A stretch of DNA of 63,934 nt, counting the filler, from Rhizaria sp. SCN 62-66 (lineage: Eukaryota), in assembly GCA_001724265.1 (NCBI GenBank). It is 3 parts of 3 records of this genome, joined end to end, with 100 filler letters (N's around TTAATTAATTAA, not from the genome) between each part and the next. Parts side by side here need not be neighbours in the genome. Positions count along the whole stretch, not along the records: positions 1 to 24,204 come from MEDY01000474.1; 2 more parts are not named here. One strand, written 5' to 3'. Positions 1-13,200 of the stretch are shown in pieces; position 1 is the stretch's first letter; each line of letters begins with the position of its first letter. A program made the position numbers and the translations under genes. The notes under the pieces are model-generated. The model saw only the letters and a program-made list of their open reading frames with translations, ran no database searches and had not been told where the DNA came from.

Positions 1-1247
1 CGGCGGCCGTGGGCGCCGCGGCCATGGGCGCGAGCGCGGGGGCGGCCGCGATGGGCGCGGCCACTGCACCGCTGCTCACCGCGTCCTCGCTCTTCGTCAC
101 CCCGGCCGCGGCCGCCTCCGCGTCTGGCTCTGGCCCCGGCCTCGGCCTCGGGCTCAGCCGCCCCCGCACCGCGGCCGGGTCCGGCGGCGGCTTCGGCGGC
201 GGCGGCGGCGTGTCCGGCGGCGGCGGCGCGGGGGACCTGGCGCCTGCGCACGACGCGGCCGTGTCGTCGCTGACGCTGCTGCGCCCGCCGTCGCTACACA
301 GCAGCAACAACGGCGGCGGCAGCGGCAACCACAATCATGACGGTCAGTCCGCGCGCTATTATAGCAACAACAACAGCTACGTCGACGGGGATTCCTCGCG
401 CGCTCCAGGGAACAGCGGCCCCGGCGGCGGCGCCGGCTCTGGGGGTCACGGCGGCGCTGGCGGCGGGGCGTGGGTCCGCCACGCGGGCGCGTCGTTCGCG
501 CCTGTGCCCGGCCATGGCCACAACCACGCCCACGCCCACGCCCACGGGCGCGGCACAAGAGAACGAGACCGAGACCGCGAGTTTGGCATGACGGGTGCAC
601 CGGCTCATGCACAATGGTCTGGGATGCCGGCACAGGCCCGGGGCAACAGCGCCGCTCTGTCTGCGCAGCAGGGCGGCGCGCGGCGGCCCCAGACCGCGGG
701 CGCAGGGCTCTCTTCGATGACGCAGTCGCGCGCGCAAGGCGGCCCTGGCAGCGCCACCAGTGTCGGCGCCGCCGGTGGAGACGGCGGGCTGGGCAACTAC
801 TACATGCAGGCCCCGCGCGTGCACTCGCACCCCGCGCAGCATCATCACCAGCAACAGCAACCGCAGCAGCAGCAGCAGGGTCGCGGCGGCGGCGCACTGC
901 CGGGCGCGGTGCTGATCTCTGCGCCGCACGCCGCCGCTGGCCCCGCGGGGAATGGCTACGGCGGCGCTGGGGCTGGTGGGCGCGGGGCGGGCACGCGGGG
1001 CTCGATGGGCGGCAAGGGCGTCGGTTCAGGCACCATGACGATGCCCAGCTCAGGCTCGGGTGGTGGTGCTGGTGGGTCGACTGGCGGGTTGGCCGGCGCG
1101 CAATTCGTGCAGGAGCAGATCCTGCAGCAGAAGCACCAGGCGCGCGCGCGCGGACTGGCCGGGTATGCCTACCCCGCCGCGCGCGCGGGCCCGCCGTTGA
1201 CCGTAGACGAGGCGTTGCGACGGGTGCCAAACTACTCCATGGGCTGA
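1..1247 (+). CDS. 3' part of a low-complexity Gly/Ala/His/Gln-rich protein (5' end outside window)
   Basis: Open GC-rich frame from the window edge to TGA 1245-1247, then an abrupt switch to AT-rich sequence. Repeated RPxTA motifs; no domain recognised. Confidence 0.7.
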   Translation, partial: AAVGAAAMGASAGAAAMGAATAPLLTASSLFVTPAAAASASGSGPGLGLGLSRPRTAAGSGGGFGGGGGVSGGGGAGDLAPAHDAAVSSLTLLRPPSLHSSNNGGGSGNHNHDGQSARYYSNNNSYVDGDSSRAPGNSGPGGGAGSGGHGGAGGGAWVRHAGASFAPVPGHGHNHAHAHAHGRGTRERDRDREFGMTGAPAHAQWSGMPAQARGNSAALSAQQGGARRPQTAGAGLSSMTQSRAQGGPGSATSVGAAGGDGGLGNYYMQAPRVHSHPAQHHHQQQQPQQQQQGRGGGALPGAVLISAPHAAAGPAGNGYGGAGAGGRGAGTRGSMGGKGVGSGTMTMPSSGSGGGAGGSTGGLAGAQFVQEQILQQKHQARARGLAGYAYPAARAGPPLTVDEALRRVPNYSMG

Positions 1248-1846
1248 GCGCGCAGGGCTGTTGAGCTGCTCTACGATAGCTGTACATGCTGATGGAGATT
1301 GTGATGACATGAATTACCTAGTTTTATTGATATCTATGGAATGTAAAACAAATTTGACTTTTTGTGAACAAACAATACAGTTTTCCCTCTGTTTCAAGTA
1401 GCTCCTGATTTACGATTTATCATCAATACGCGCACGTTAATCTTTTTACCTCGTCGATCTCCTTGTTAAGAAACGCCAGAAACTGCGCAGATGTAACCTG
1501 TGGGTTATCGCGCATGGCAAACCAGTTCTACACTTTCTGCAGAGTGAAAGGAGTCGTATCCGTATCTATGTTTCTGCCGAGTGCGTCCGCGCGCAGTGTC
1601 GCCGCCGCCGACTTATAAAGCCTTAGATTGTCTCTGATGACATATGACGTTTTCGCAGTAGAGGTGGAAATAATGCAGATTTTATTAATTATTAATACAG
1701 TTAAAACATAAGAGAAACCAAAAACAGAACATCTAAGCTATACAAAGTGAGGTGAATTGGACCAATAACAAGATACATGTACTAGTATTCATACCAAAAT
1801 CGTTGCTCAACCGTCAACTCTTAATAGCACGTGAGCACTTCATCTC

Positions 1847-4800
1847 TCAGACGGGCAGCTTGGGCGGGATAAACCACTTGAGGTGGTGCCTAGCAACCGC
1901 ACGACACTCGATGCACGCGGAGACGCGCTGGAAGCACTCTTCGCACTGCACGGCGTGCTTGCAAGGCAGAAGCAGCGTGGCGACCTGTTTGCTCAGACAC
2001 GTGCGACACGCCTCGTCGTCGCGCAGCACCGCCTCGGGCTCGCCCGCCGCGCCGCCGGGGGAGAGCGCGGCCGCCGCGGCGCCGGCCTTGATGGCGGCCT
2101 CAACCGCGGCGGCCGCGGCGGGCGCGAACAGCGCGCCCTCGCCACCGCGCGCAGCACCAGTGCGGTAGGAGTCGCGCAGCCGCAGCCCCACCGAGCCGCG
2201 GTCGCCGCCGCGGAAGCTCAGCCGCGTGTGCTCAGGCGTCGCCGCGCTGCGGGCATCGTGGGTGGAACGGCGGCGGCGCGGAACGCGGAAGGGCAGCGGC
2301 AGCGGAATCCGCACCGTCCACAGGCCAGTCAATTGGCAGCTGTTAGGAGCAACCGCGGCGCACAGCGCGGCCGCGCGCGCGACGCATGCGGCGGGCCAGG
2401 CCGGTGGCAGCTGCAGCCCCCAGATGTCGACGCCGTAAGGCGCCGCGCTGCCCGCGCGCACGGACGCGCCCGCGCCCGCCGAGGCCACCGCGCCGCGCAG
2501 CTGGACGGCTGCCACAGTGGCGACGGCGGGCGGCAGCAGCAGCAGCCCGGGCGTCGGCGGCGCGGGCTCGGGCGCGCCGTAGATGGGCGCGGCTTCAGCC
2601 ACCCAGGGCGCCGTCAGCGCCGCGGCCGCCGACAGCCGCTGCTGCTGCTGCGCGCCGCCAGCGCTCGTAGGTGCTGCCGACGTGGCGGCGGCTGCAGCGG
2701 CGGCGGTGCTGGCAGCAGCCGCGCTGAGCGCGGAGCCCAGCGCCGAGACGCTGGAGCTGACGGGCGCGCCGCGGGCGGAGCGCGAGGCCAGCAGGCCGAC
2801 CGAGCTGCCGGGCGCGGCGGACGGGCTGGCGAGGGCGCTGCCGAGCGACGCCGCGCCGTCCAGGGACGCGAGTGCGGCGGCAGTGACGGCGGCGGCGGCG
2901 AAACCGCACAGCGCGCTGCGGCCGACGCCAGCCCACGCGCACCGCACACTCGCGCTATCAGTCACATACGGCGACGCAAACGGGGACGCGACATCGCGAC
3001 TGTGACTGGAATCGCCTGCTGCCGTGTTGCCGTTCATGTAAACGCCGCGCGCGTAGAACGAAAGGTACGGCGCCTCAGCAGCCGCACGGACCGGCACGCC
3101 CGGCAGCGGCGCGGGGATGGCTGAGATCGTGACTGCAGCTGCGGCGGCGCTCTGGCCAGCAGTGGGCAGAGCGCCCGCGAGCGGCAGGAACATGACCGGC
3201 GCCACAGTCGACAACACGCCCGCATCCGCGCCATCAGAGCAGGCGTTCTCGCCTTCGCTCCCGTCGACGCCGGCAAGGCGCGGCGGGTACAGACTCAACG
3301 CCACCGCACCGGTGACTGCAGATGTAGAATGTGACTGCTGAGAAGGGCCGAAGAGGAGCGCGAGCTGGAGCAGCGTGTCGGCCCAGGTCCAGTCGCGGTA
3401 CAGCGTACCGCAGCCGCAGGGGCAGAGGCGCGCGCGCGACGACCGCACCAGCAGCGGCGCGCTGCACACGTCCACGGCCCCCACGGCCGCCGCCGCACGC
3501 GTGGTGGTGGCGTTGGCGATCACACTCGCCGTGGGGGCGCGGGTGCCAAGTACAACGCCGTCGGCGTCGTCGCGATTACGCTCCTGCTCCTGCTTTTGCT
3601 CTTGCTCGAAATCGCAGTTCTCGTCGGCGGAGCCTGACTCGCTGTCGCTGTCGCCGTCGTCGTCGCTGCCGCTGCCGCTGCTCTCGTCGTCGCTTTCACT
3701 GTCGCCGGCCACCCCGGCCGCCGCCTCTGCCTTGGCCTCGGCCTCAGCGTCGCCCTCGGCGTCGGCCGCCATCGGCGCCCACTCGCGGCACGCGCACACG
3801 CCCGCGGCGCGCAGCAGCAGCGCGGCCGCCACGCTCTCGGCCTCGTCGCTCAGCACGTCGCCACACAGCGCGCTGCCGCCGCCGAGGCCGCCGAGGCTGC
3901 CGATGCCGCCGCAGCCCGCCGCGCCGCCGCCGCCTCTGCTGCCGCCGCCGCCTCTGCTGCCGCCGCTAGCGCCGCTGCCAGTTCGCGTGTTGCCGGGGCG
4001 CGTGGGCTCAAGCGACGGGTGCGGCGCGGCGCCCACCACCCACTGGCGCTCCACCGAGAGCAGGCCCAGCGACTTCTCGGCAGCCGCAGCCGCAGCAGCA
4101 GCCACAGCCCCACTCGCGGCGTCGGGGCTCGCGGAGGGCGAGTTCGCGGCGTTGCTGAAAAGAGTCTCGCCGCACGGCAGCGCGGCCGCCGCTGCGACGG
4201 CCGCCGCCGCAGCCGCAGCAAGCGCGGTCTGCCCCGCCCCGGGGCCCGCGGAGGCGGAGGCGGAGACAGAGACGTGGACTGCCGAGGCAAGCGGCGGCCA
4301 CGCGCGGCCCTCGAGCCAGCGCGCGCGCGCGCGCACGTACGCCTCGCCGTAGCCGCCGCGCGCGCGCCGCAGCGCCGCGGGGGACAGCCAGCCGGGCGCC
4401 GGGAGTGCGCCCAGCGACGCCGTGCCTGCGGCTGCGGCCGAGGCGGCGGCCGCGGCGGCCGCGGCGGCTGCGGTGCCGGGTTGGTGCAGCTGTGCCACCG
4501 CGAGCGCCTGGTCCCACGCCGCCGCGCGCGCGCTGTAGCCGCCCACGGGGACAAACGGCAACGTGGCCTGACTTTGAGGGCGCACCCATTGCGACTGCGC
4601 GAGCGCGGCCTGCGCGGCGGCGTGGTAGCGGCTTAACTTCCGCACCAGCCCCCAGGGCCCCAGCGCGCGCACGGGCCCCCAGTCGTCGCTGTTGTCGCTG
4701 CCCGCGCTGTTGTTGCGGCTGTTGCTGTTGCTGTTGCTGTAGCCGGCGGACTGCCCCGGTCCCTTGCCGCCGTCGGCCGGCGCGTTTTCGTCGCTCGCCG

Positions 4801-6894
4801 AGTGGCCGGGCGCGTTCGCACCGCGGACGTTGCTGGAGCGCGACTCGACGCGCACCACCATCGTCCCTTTGGGCTCCTGCAACAGGCCGGCCATGCCGCC
4901 CCTGGCTGGGCTCTGCGCGCCCGCGGCCTCGGCGGCCTCGGCGGCCTCGGCAGCCTCGGCTGCGCTGGCGTAGAACGCGCTGCCCAGCACGGACACCGCG
5001 AGCGAGCGGTGCAGTGCGCGCGCGCGCCGCCGCGCCGCCGCCGCGGTCGCAACGACGTCGCCGTCACCGCGGGGCTTCGCGGGGTTCTCGTCGCCGGCGC
5101 CGCTGTAGCCGTGGGCACTGTGCGCGGTCGCGGTCGCGGTAAGCGCGGCGGTGGCAGCGGCGGCGTCTGCGGCGACGAGTGCGGCGCGCAGCGCGGCGGC
5201 GACGGCGGGCGCGGCGAGCGCGGCGGGCAGCGGCAGCGGCGGCGCGAGCGGCGCGCGTGGCAGCTGCACCGGCAGCGGCACCAGCAGCGCAACCAAGAAC
5301 ACCCGCCGCGCGGACGCCGGCACCGACGGCAGCGGCGCCACCAGCGCGCCGATTGCGGTGTTACCACTGCTGCTGCTGCTGCTACTAGCGCCAGGCCCGG
5401 CGGTGCGCTGCGACGAGACGAGTCCCAGTGCGGCCGCGGCGGCGAGGCTGATTCCGGCGGCGCTGGCACTGGTGCTGGCGGTAGCGGCGGCGGCTGTAGC
5501 GGCGGCGGCCGCATATTGCTTGCCCTGTGCTGCAAGCGCGGCCGCCGCGGCCGTGGCGGCGGGGCTCCCGCCGGCTGCGGACGCGGCAGCAGCGGGGCCG
5601 CAGACCGGCGGCAGCGCCCACTGTGACGACTGCGCGTGACCGTGAGCTGCGCCAGTGGCGGCGGCGGGGTGGCCGTGGGCGGCGGCGGAGAGGTAGCGTG
5701 ACGCCATGCCTTGGGCCCAGCTCTGCGCGGGCGCGAAGAAGACCTTGGAGGGCTCGGAACCGGGGTCGAAGTCGACGCAAAAGCCCGCGTTCGCGCTCAC
5801 GCTCGCGCTCGCGCTGCCGTTCGGTGCAGCTAGGTCGGCCTGCTGGCGGGCGTAGAAGGCAGCCAGGTCCGCGTGCGCGTTCGCCGCCGCGCCAGATCCA
5901 GAGCAAGAGCTAGAGCTAGAGTTGCTTGAGCTGTTGGCGGCGGAGAGCGGCACCGTGAGCAGGCGGGGGTCGAAGGGAAGCACGGTGGCGACGGCGGCGC
6001 GCGCCAGACAGGCCCCCGCGGGCAGCAGCAGCGCGGGCGCGGGCGGCAGCACGCGCGCCCACGGCCCGCAGTCGCCGCCGCCGCTGCTGCCGCTCGCGCC
6101 ACCGCCGCCACTGCGGGCATCAGTGGCGAGTCCCTGGGGGATGTTGTAGCCGAACGCGGGGGGCAGCGGAGAGGCGAGAGGCAGAAACGGCATCGCGGCG
6201 GCCGCGGCGGCGTCGCGCGCGGTCGCCACCGCCACGCCGGCCAGCCCGGCGTAGCTCCCGTCCACGGCGAGACCGTCGGCGCCCGCATCTTGACCGTAGC
6301 CGTGGCCGTGGCCGTGGCCATGCCCGTGCCTGTGGGTTTGGGCGTGGTTGTGGGCGTTTGTGGTGGTTGCGCCACGCGAGAGCGTCATCATCTCAACCTC
6401 GACGCCCTGCGCCGACTGTGACGCCTGTTGCGACTGCAGAGCCTGTGCGCGGGATACCCCGGCACCGCCCCCACCGCCCCCACCGGCCGCCGCTGCTGCC
6501 GCTGACGCAGACGCCGCCGCGGAGCTCTGGTCCTGTCCCTTGCTGTTCGCCGCAGCCGGGTTCGCTGCCGCGGCCGACGCAGTAGTGGCGACTGCGACGG
6601 CGCGCGCGGCCTCGGCTGCGGCGCGCGCCCCGGCGGTGGTGATGCGGGCCAACGCGCTCTCGGCCACCCCAATCCCTAGCAGCAGCACCGAGGGCGCGGC
6701 GGCGGCAACCGTCAGCCGCACGGCGACGCGGCCGCCGGACACAGAGATGCCCACGACCGACGCGGACACAGTGCCAGCGCCGTTGCTCTGAGCGCCGCAA
6801 TTCGCGCCATTGGCAGCAGCAGCACGGGGCGCGGCGGCTGGTGGTGCGGAGCTCAATAGCGAACTCGACGCAGCGCTGCTGCTGCTGTCGGCGG

Positions 6895-6925
<31 letters not shown>

Positions 6926-7252
6926 GAGCGACGGCGGCGGGAGCGAGACGAGGCGGAGGCCTGCGTCGCGGTCGAGCGCGGCTGCGACCGGCAGCGGCGG
7001 GCACGCGCGGGCCGCCTTGCCCTTGGACCGCGAGAGCACCAGGTACACGAGCCCGTGCGAGAGCGTGCTGATGGTCGACGGGGCGGCCTCGATGCGCACG
7101 ACAATGCCGCGGTAGAAGGCCTTGTGCAGCGCGTGGATGCGGCTCGACCGCACGACGAGGCGGTAAAAGAGAATGCAGATGACACAGAGAGAGAAGATGA
7201 TCTTGAAGTTGTGCACGTACGACGCCGCCGTGGCGTCCGCGGTGGAGCTCAT
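1847..7252 (-). CDS. Large Ala-rich protein with N-terminal hydrophobic segment and C-terminal RING-HC finger (probable E3 ligase)
   Basis: 1801-aa ORF ending in CRTCLSKQVATLLLPCKHAVQCEECFQRVSACIECR (C3HC4 pattern). N-terminal IIFSLCVICILFY. Stop TGA. Confidence 0.85.
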
Positions 7253-7781
7253 GGCCGGGCAGGGGCGCCGCGCGAAGACTCTGACGCGGGTGTGAGCGGC
7301 ACCGACGGTGGGGAAGGAGAAGGCGGAGCGACGACGGGGCCGATGGGGCGGTGCGCAGGGAAGCGGCGCCGGGGGCCGGTGTTAGGCGTTACGCTCAGTG
7401 AAAACACGCCGAGGGGGTAAGAAATATACTCCGGCTCTGTGACAGAGCGGCAGCAGTCAATGGCAGGCACAATAAGCACTAGGTAGAGAGAAGAACGAAT
7501 GGGCCGACTGCCCGTGGTGCTGTTCAAAATAGGAGAGCGAAAACTTTGAAGTGAGTGGATATCATGTTTGCTGTCCGTCAGCAGTGAATTCATAATAGTA
7601 CGAAAGATTGTCTAAGTGTTTATCGTTTAACCATTTAATTATCCTTTTATAGAGGCTCATCTTCCGTTGTAACTCACATTCTTGCATTCCACCATGTCCC
7701 CCTCGTTTCTGTGGTGTGGCCCGTCCCGTTTTGCTTGCAGCAGGCCCACTCACTCAGACAAGTTCACAGCCGCACCGCGCC

Positions 7782-9887
7782 ATGCAGCCCATGTCCCGCG
7801 GTCCGGGCGCGTACCCGCGAACCACGCTCACGCTCGCGCCCGGCCCCAGTCCCGTCACCGTCATTCGCCGCCGCAGCAATAATAACGGTCAGGCGACTGC
7901 GGCGGCGATGACGCCAACTCCAGGCCCAGTCGCAGCACATGCAGCGCCGTAGCCGCAGCACCCGGGCCCCGTGCGCGTTCCTAGTGCCGGCGCCGTCTCC
8001 TCCGCGGCGGGCGCCCCCCGGCCCGCGCTGGGCCCGCCGCGGCCGCGCCCGCTGAGCCGCGAGCTCGCTCTGCTGGCCCTCAGCGAGCCCTACCGGCCCC
8101 CGTCAGCGACGCGCGTCACCCCCACCGTCCCGGCCTACGCCACCGCCTATACCGCGGCCGCTAGCGCGCACGCCGCGGCCGCGGGGCTCGCTGGGGGGTC
8201 GTTCATGTCCTACCCTGACCCCAGCGATTCCGTGTTCGCCGCCGCAAACTCTCATGGGACGCCTCATATGCCGGCTACGGACGCGCCGCCAGTGCAAGTG
8301 CCGGTGAGCACATTTGCGCCGCGCGCGGGCATCGACGCGCGCTCGCTTGCGCCGTACGCCCGCAAGTGGGACGCCGCCGCCGCCGCCGCCAACGCTGCCG
8401 CCAACTCGGCCGCTACCACGACGACCGCCTCAAACGCGACGGCCTCGACTGGCCCTAGCTCTGGTGGGGCGACTGCGTCGGCGTTGGCGCCGCTTGGCCG
8501 CGGCAGGGCGCGGGGCGCTGCGGGATCTGGGGCAGGCGCGGGGTCGCGGGCGGGAGCCAACTCCTCAGCTACGCCAGCTGCAACGGCAGCGACGACGGCG
8601 GCGACGATTGCTGCGGCCGCGAACGCTGCTACTGCAAACGCGGCCGTCGCCGCCGCGCGCGCCCGCTCCTCTGCCTCCTCCACCGCAGGCCCCGGCACAT
8701 CAGTACCAACACCACCTTCGTCTTCATCAACGCCGACAGCCGGTAGATCTAGCGCGAGCACCGGCAATAGCAGCGCTGCAGCCACAGCAGTTGCAGCGGC
8801 GGCGACTGCGGCAGCGGCGGCGACGGCGGCAGCGGCGGCGCGTCGTCCGTCTCGGTCCCGCGTGCGGCCGCCGCGCGCGCGGCTGGATGCCCACGCCCCC
8901 GAGCTGTGGCCCGCGGCCGCGCTGTACCGTGACCGCGACCTGGCCCGCGAGCGTGACCGCGAGCGTGACCGTGAGCCGCCGCACGACGTTACCAGCGCCC
9001 TTAGCAGCAGTGGCGGCAGGCATAGCGGTGGCAATGGGGCGGTGAGCGCGGAGGAGCGCGCGTACGTGCGGCGGCTGCTGGGCGACCGCGGGCAGTGGGC
9101 GCTGGTGGCCTCGCTCATCGACGACGGCGACGACCTTGCCGCCGCGCCCGGCGCCGCGCAGGCCGCCGCGCGTGCCGCCGCAGCGGAAACGGAGGCGGCC
9201 GCGGCAACGCGTGCGGCCGAAGCCGGCGCGAGGGCCCGCGTCGCGGAGCAGCGCGCGCGCGACAGGGCCGCCGCCGAGACGGCGCTGCGCGGCGTGAACA
9301 ACAGCTCTAGTCATCACAGCAGCAGCAACAGCGGCAACAACAGCCACGGCAGTCACGCTAACAGCGGCGTCGAGAGCCAGGGAGCGAGTGCTGCTGCCGG
9401 CGTCAAGTTTGGCGTTGCAGCCGTGGCGGATGCGCTGGATCAAGCCACGGCGCCGCCGCAGTATTTCATGTGCCCTATCACTTTCGACCGTACGTTAACT
9501 CTCTTTGTTCCTTTTTTGTAACACATTCCGTTTGCATTAACTTTCCCATTGCCATTCTCATTTCTCACACACTTGACTCGATTTTCTTTTCGTTTAATCG
9601 TCCCTTACACTGTATACTTTTGCTTGTTTTCGCCACACCTCGCCGCAGTAATGCGCGACCCCGTGGTGCTGAGCGACGGCCACACGTACGAGCGCGTCGC
9701 CGCCGAGCGTTGGCTGCTGCGGCACGATACGTCCCCGATGACTGGCTCGCCCCTGGTGACCAAAGCGCTCACACCAAACCTGCTCGTGCGCGCGATGATC
9801 ACGGACTGGCACGCGGGTGCGGCATTTCCGACGCAGGCACCCAGCATCAGCGCCAGAGCGCGCAAGCATGGGGCTGCGCAGGCGTGA
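7782..9887 (+). CDS. U-box domain protein (E3 ligase), one intron; 5' extension crosses an in-frame TAG
   Basis: Removing intron 9490-9648 (GTACGT...GCAG) gives PPQYFMCPITFDLMRDPVVLSDGHTYERVAAERWLLRHDTSPMT, a U-box. ATG 7782 is in frame but crosses TAG 7950-7952; alternative start ATG ~8205. Stop TGA. Confidence 0.85.
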
Positions 9888-10203
9888 CGTCTGTGCAAGT
9901 GCCTAAATGTAGGAGGCGTGACAGTGGATTCGAAATGCACAACTTGAGTTACATAGAATCAAATTGGATATTTAGCGACAATAATACAATCATGCGTACT
10001 TTTTATGTTCAATTGTTCGGTGACTTCTAATGTTAGAAACAAAATAAAGTATGTATAAATTAATGCGGAGCAGAAACACTGATTACACACTGAACTAAAC
10101 GAAATTAAATTAAAACACTTAAAGATCTTAACAGAAACACTGTTTTCATTATCGAGACACATCACGCGTTGCCGCGCTGTTCTGCTGAGCATGTGACAGC
10201 GCT

Positions 10204-13200
10204 TTACTCGGGGCCGTTGTCTGCGTTGTGCGCCGCAGCGTCAGCCCACTCGGTCGCCGCGCCGGCCTTGCCGCCCAGCGGGTAGGCCTGCGTGTTGGCG
10301 CGCAAGTGCAGCGGCGGCAGCTCGTACGACAGCGCCGAGGCCACAGACGCGTTGGAGCACACCGACAGCGACGTCGGCCTCACCGCCACCGCGCCCACGG
10401 CTGCGGCAGCGGCGGGACCCACGGCCGCGGGCGCGGGACTCGCGGAGGCTCTCGCGTCGACCATGGAGTCCGTCTGCGACGGCGACACCAGCTGCGACTG
10501 CGCAGGCGACAGCGTGAGCGCGCCGCTGCCCGTCGTCGTCAGCGCCGTCGCGCCGGGCGCTGCGCCAGAGCCAGCGCCAGCGGCCGTGGTGTGGCTGAGA
10601 CCGGCGGCGTCAGTCGCGCTGTGGCCGTGGCCGTGGTTCTGGCTCTGGCCGTGGTTCTGGCTCTGGCTGTGGCCGCGGCCAGCGAGCCCCAGAGTGAGCG
10701 AGCCGAGGTCCAGCGGCCCGTTAAGGCCCTCGAGCCCCAGCAGTCCGTGTCCGAGCCCTTGCCCGTGGCCGCTGTGACCATGAGATAGCGAGGCGGAGGG
10801 TGCATACGCAAGCAGCGAGCCGTGTTGGCCCTGCGCCTGTGTCTGCTGTAGCTGCGACGAAGCCTGCGCGTTCGCCTGCAGCTGAAACGGGGACTGCGAC
10901 TCTGTGGGGACTGGCGACGGGGCCGGAGCAGTTAGCGGCGACTGCGACGGCGCGCCAGCGTTGCCACCGCCACCACCGAAGTACCCATGCGCGTGGCCGT
11001 GTGCGGAGTAGCCCTGGCCGTGGGTGTGGCCCGCGTCGAACCCCGCAACGCCGCTGCCGACCGTGGTCGAGCCGGGCAGCGGGTAGCCGCCATGTCCGTG
11101 CCCGTGCGCGTGCGCATGACCGTGGGCGTGGCCGAAGTGACCGTGCGCGGCCTGCGCGTGTGAGAGCGAGAACCCGGTTCCCAGCGCACCCATCCCGCCC
11201 AGCCCAGCGCCGAGCCCGCCAGAGCCCAGGCCACTGGAGCCAAGTCCGCTAGAGCTGAGACCGCCGGAGCCGAGTCCGTTCATGGTGCTGAGGCCCATAC
11301 CCGCGCCGAGGCTGCCGAGGCCGACGCCAACGTTGTTCATGCCTGAGAGGCCACCCAGCCCGTTCATGGAGTTCATCGAATTGATCGAGCCCATGGCAGT
11401 CATGTTGCCCATCGCGCCCATGTTGCCCATCGGGAGCCCGATGCTGCCGAGGCCGAGCCCGCCGATGCCGCCGAGTCCCAGCCCCATGCCCATGGCGTCC
11501 ACGCCGACGCCGACGCTGTGCGCACCGTGGGCACCACTGTGGGCACCGCTGTGGACATTGCTGTGTGCAGCGCTGGGACCGGTGGGGTCGAGCCCGCCCA
11601 CGCCAGTGCTCGCGCCCGAAGCCATGCCGAGCGGGGCCAATGAGAGACCGCCGTGGCCGTGACCGCGACCGTGGCTGTGGACGTTACCGTGGGCATGACC
11701 ATGCGCGTGTTGCGACTGGGCAGAGTGCTGGTACTGTGCGGCGCCGTTGCCGCCAGCAGTGTTGGACGTGCTGGAAACGCTGCCGGTAGCGCTCGCAGCG
11801 CTGTCGGGTCTCGCGGCGAGTCTGTGGCCGTGCGCCCCGTTGCCGTGCGCGAGGCCGCCTTGACCGTGGCCTTGGCCGTGGGCGTGACCGTGGGCGTGAC
11901 CGCCGAGCGCGTACCCGTGCCCGTGCCCGTGACCTGTGTATAACTGGTACCCGCCGTAGGAGTTATGTCCGCTGTTCGCACCGGCGTGACCGTGAGCGGC
12001 GTGACCGTGGGCAGAGTAACCGTGGGCAGAGTGACCGTGGGCGGCGGCGGACAGCGAGAGCGATGGCGCGCGCGATGTCCCGGGCGACGACGACGGCGAC
12101 GACATCTGCATCGGCGACGCCGTGCGCGCGCCGCTAGTGCCAGCGTTGGCATTAACGGTGGCATTGGCGTTAACATGCACACTCGCGCTCGCAGTAGGCG
12201 GCAGCGCGGGAGCGAAAAGCGGGCTAGCGGGCAGCGCAGCAGCGGCCGCGCCGCCTGCGACGGTGATGTACTTGGACTTGCCCTTGCCCGATACCGCAGT
12301 CGCGGCCGAAGCGGCGGCACCAGCGGCGGACGCAGACGCGTACGCACTCATCGCGCCAATCGGATGAACTGCGGACAGAGAGCTCGCCGAGCCGGAAGCG
12401 GCAGCCGCGGCAGCTGAGGGATAATTCCCAGCACCGTTGTGCGCACTGGCAGACCCGCCGTTCGAGCCAGAGCCAGCAGCAGGCCCCGCAGACGCGGACC
12501 CGGACGCAGCAGGTGCAGCGTTGGCGGCGGCGAGCACGGTGCTGTGGCGCAACAGCTCGCGCTCAAGCAGCGCGATCTTCTGCCGCATCGCCGCTTCGCG
12601 CTCACGCTCCCTCTCGCGCTCGCGCTCGCGCTCACGTTCGCGCTCGCGCTCCCTGCGCCGCTCGCGCTCGGCCTCGCGCTCGGCGGCGCGCACGGCGTCG
12701 TCGCGCTCGCGCTCCAGCGCCGCCACGCGCTCGCGCAGCTCCACCTCGGCGCGCCCGCGGCCCTCGCCCGCGCGCTCGGCGCGGTCCAGCCGCGTCTGCA
12801 GCGCCTCGGCGCGCGCCGCGCGGGCCCGCAGCGCGCGCACCTCGGCCGCAGCCTCGTCGCCGGCCGCCAGCGCCACACGCAGCCGCTCCTCGGTCGCCGC
12901 CACGGCCCCGCGCAGCGAGTCGTGCTCGCTGCGCAGTGCGGCCGCCGCGTCATCCTGCTCGCGCACGCGCTCGCGCAGCGCGAGCAGCTGCTTCTCGGCC
13001 TTTTTCTTAGCGGCGGGGCCGAAGGAGCCCGCGGCAACCTCACGGTCCAGCGCGGCCCGCGCTTCCTGCGCCGCTGCCAGTTCGGCGCGCGCGCGCTGCA
13101 GCTCGGCGGCCGCGGCGCGGCCGGCGGCGGCGGCGGTGGCGGACTCGCCCTCGGCCGTCTCGCGCGCGCGCGTCGCCGCGGCCGCGATGGCCGACGCGGC

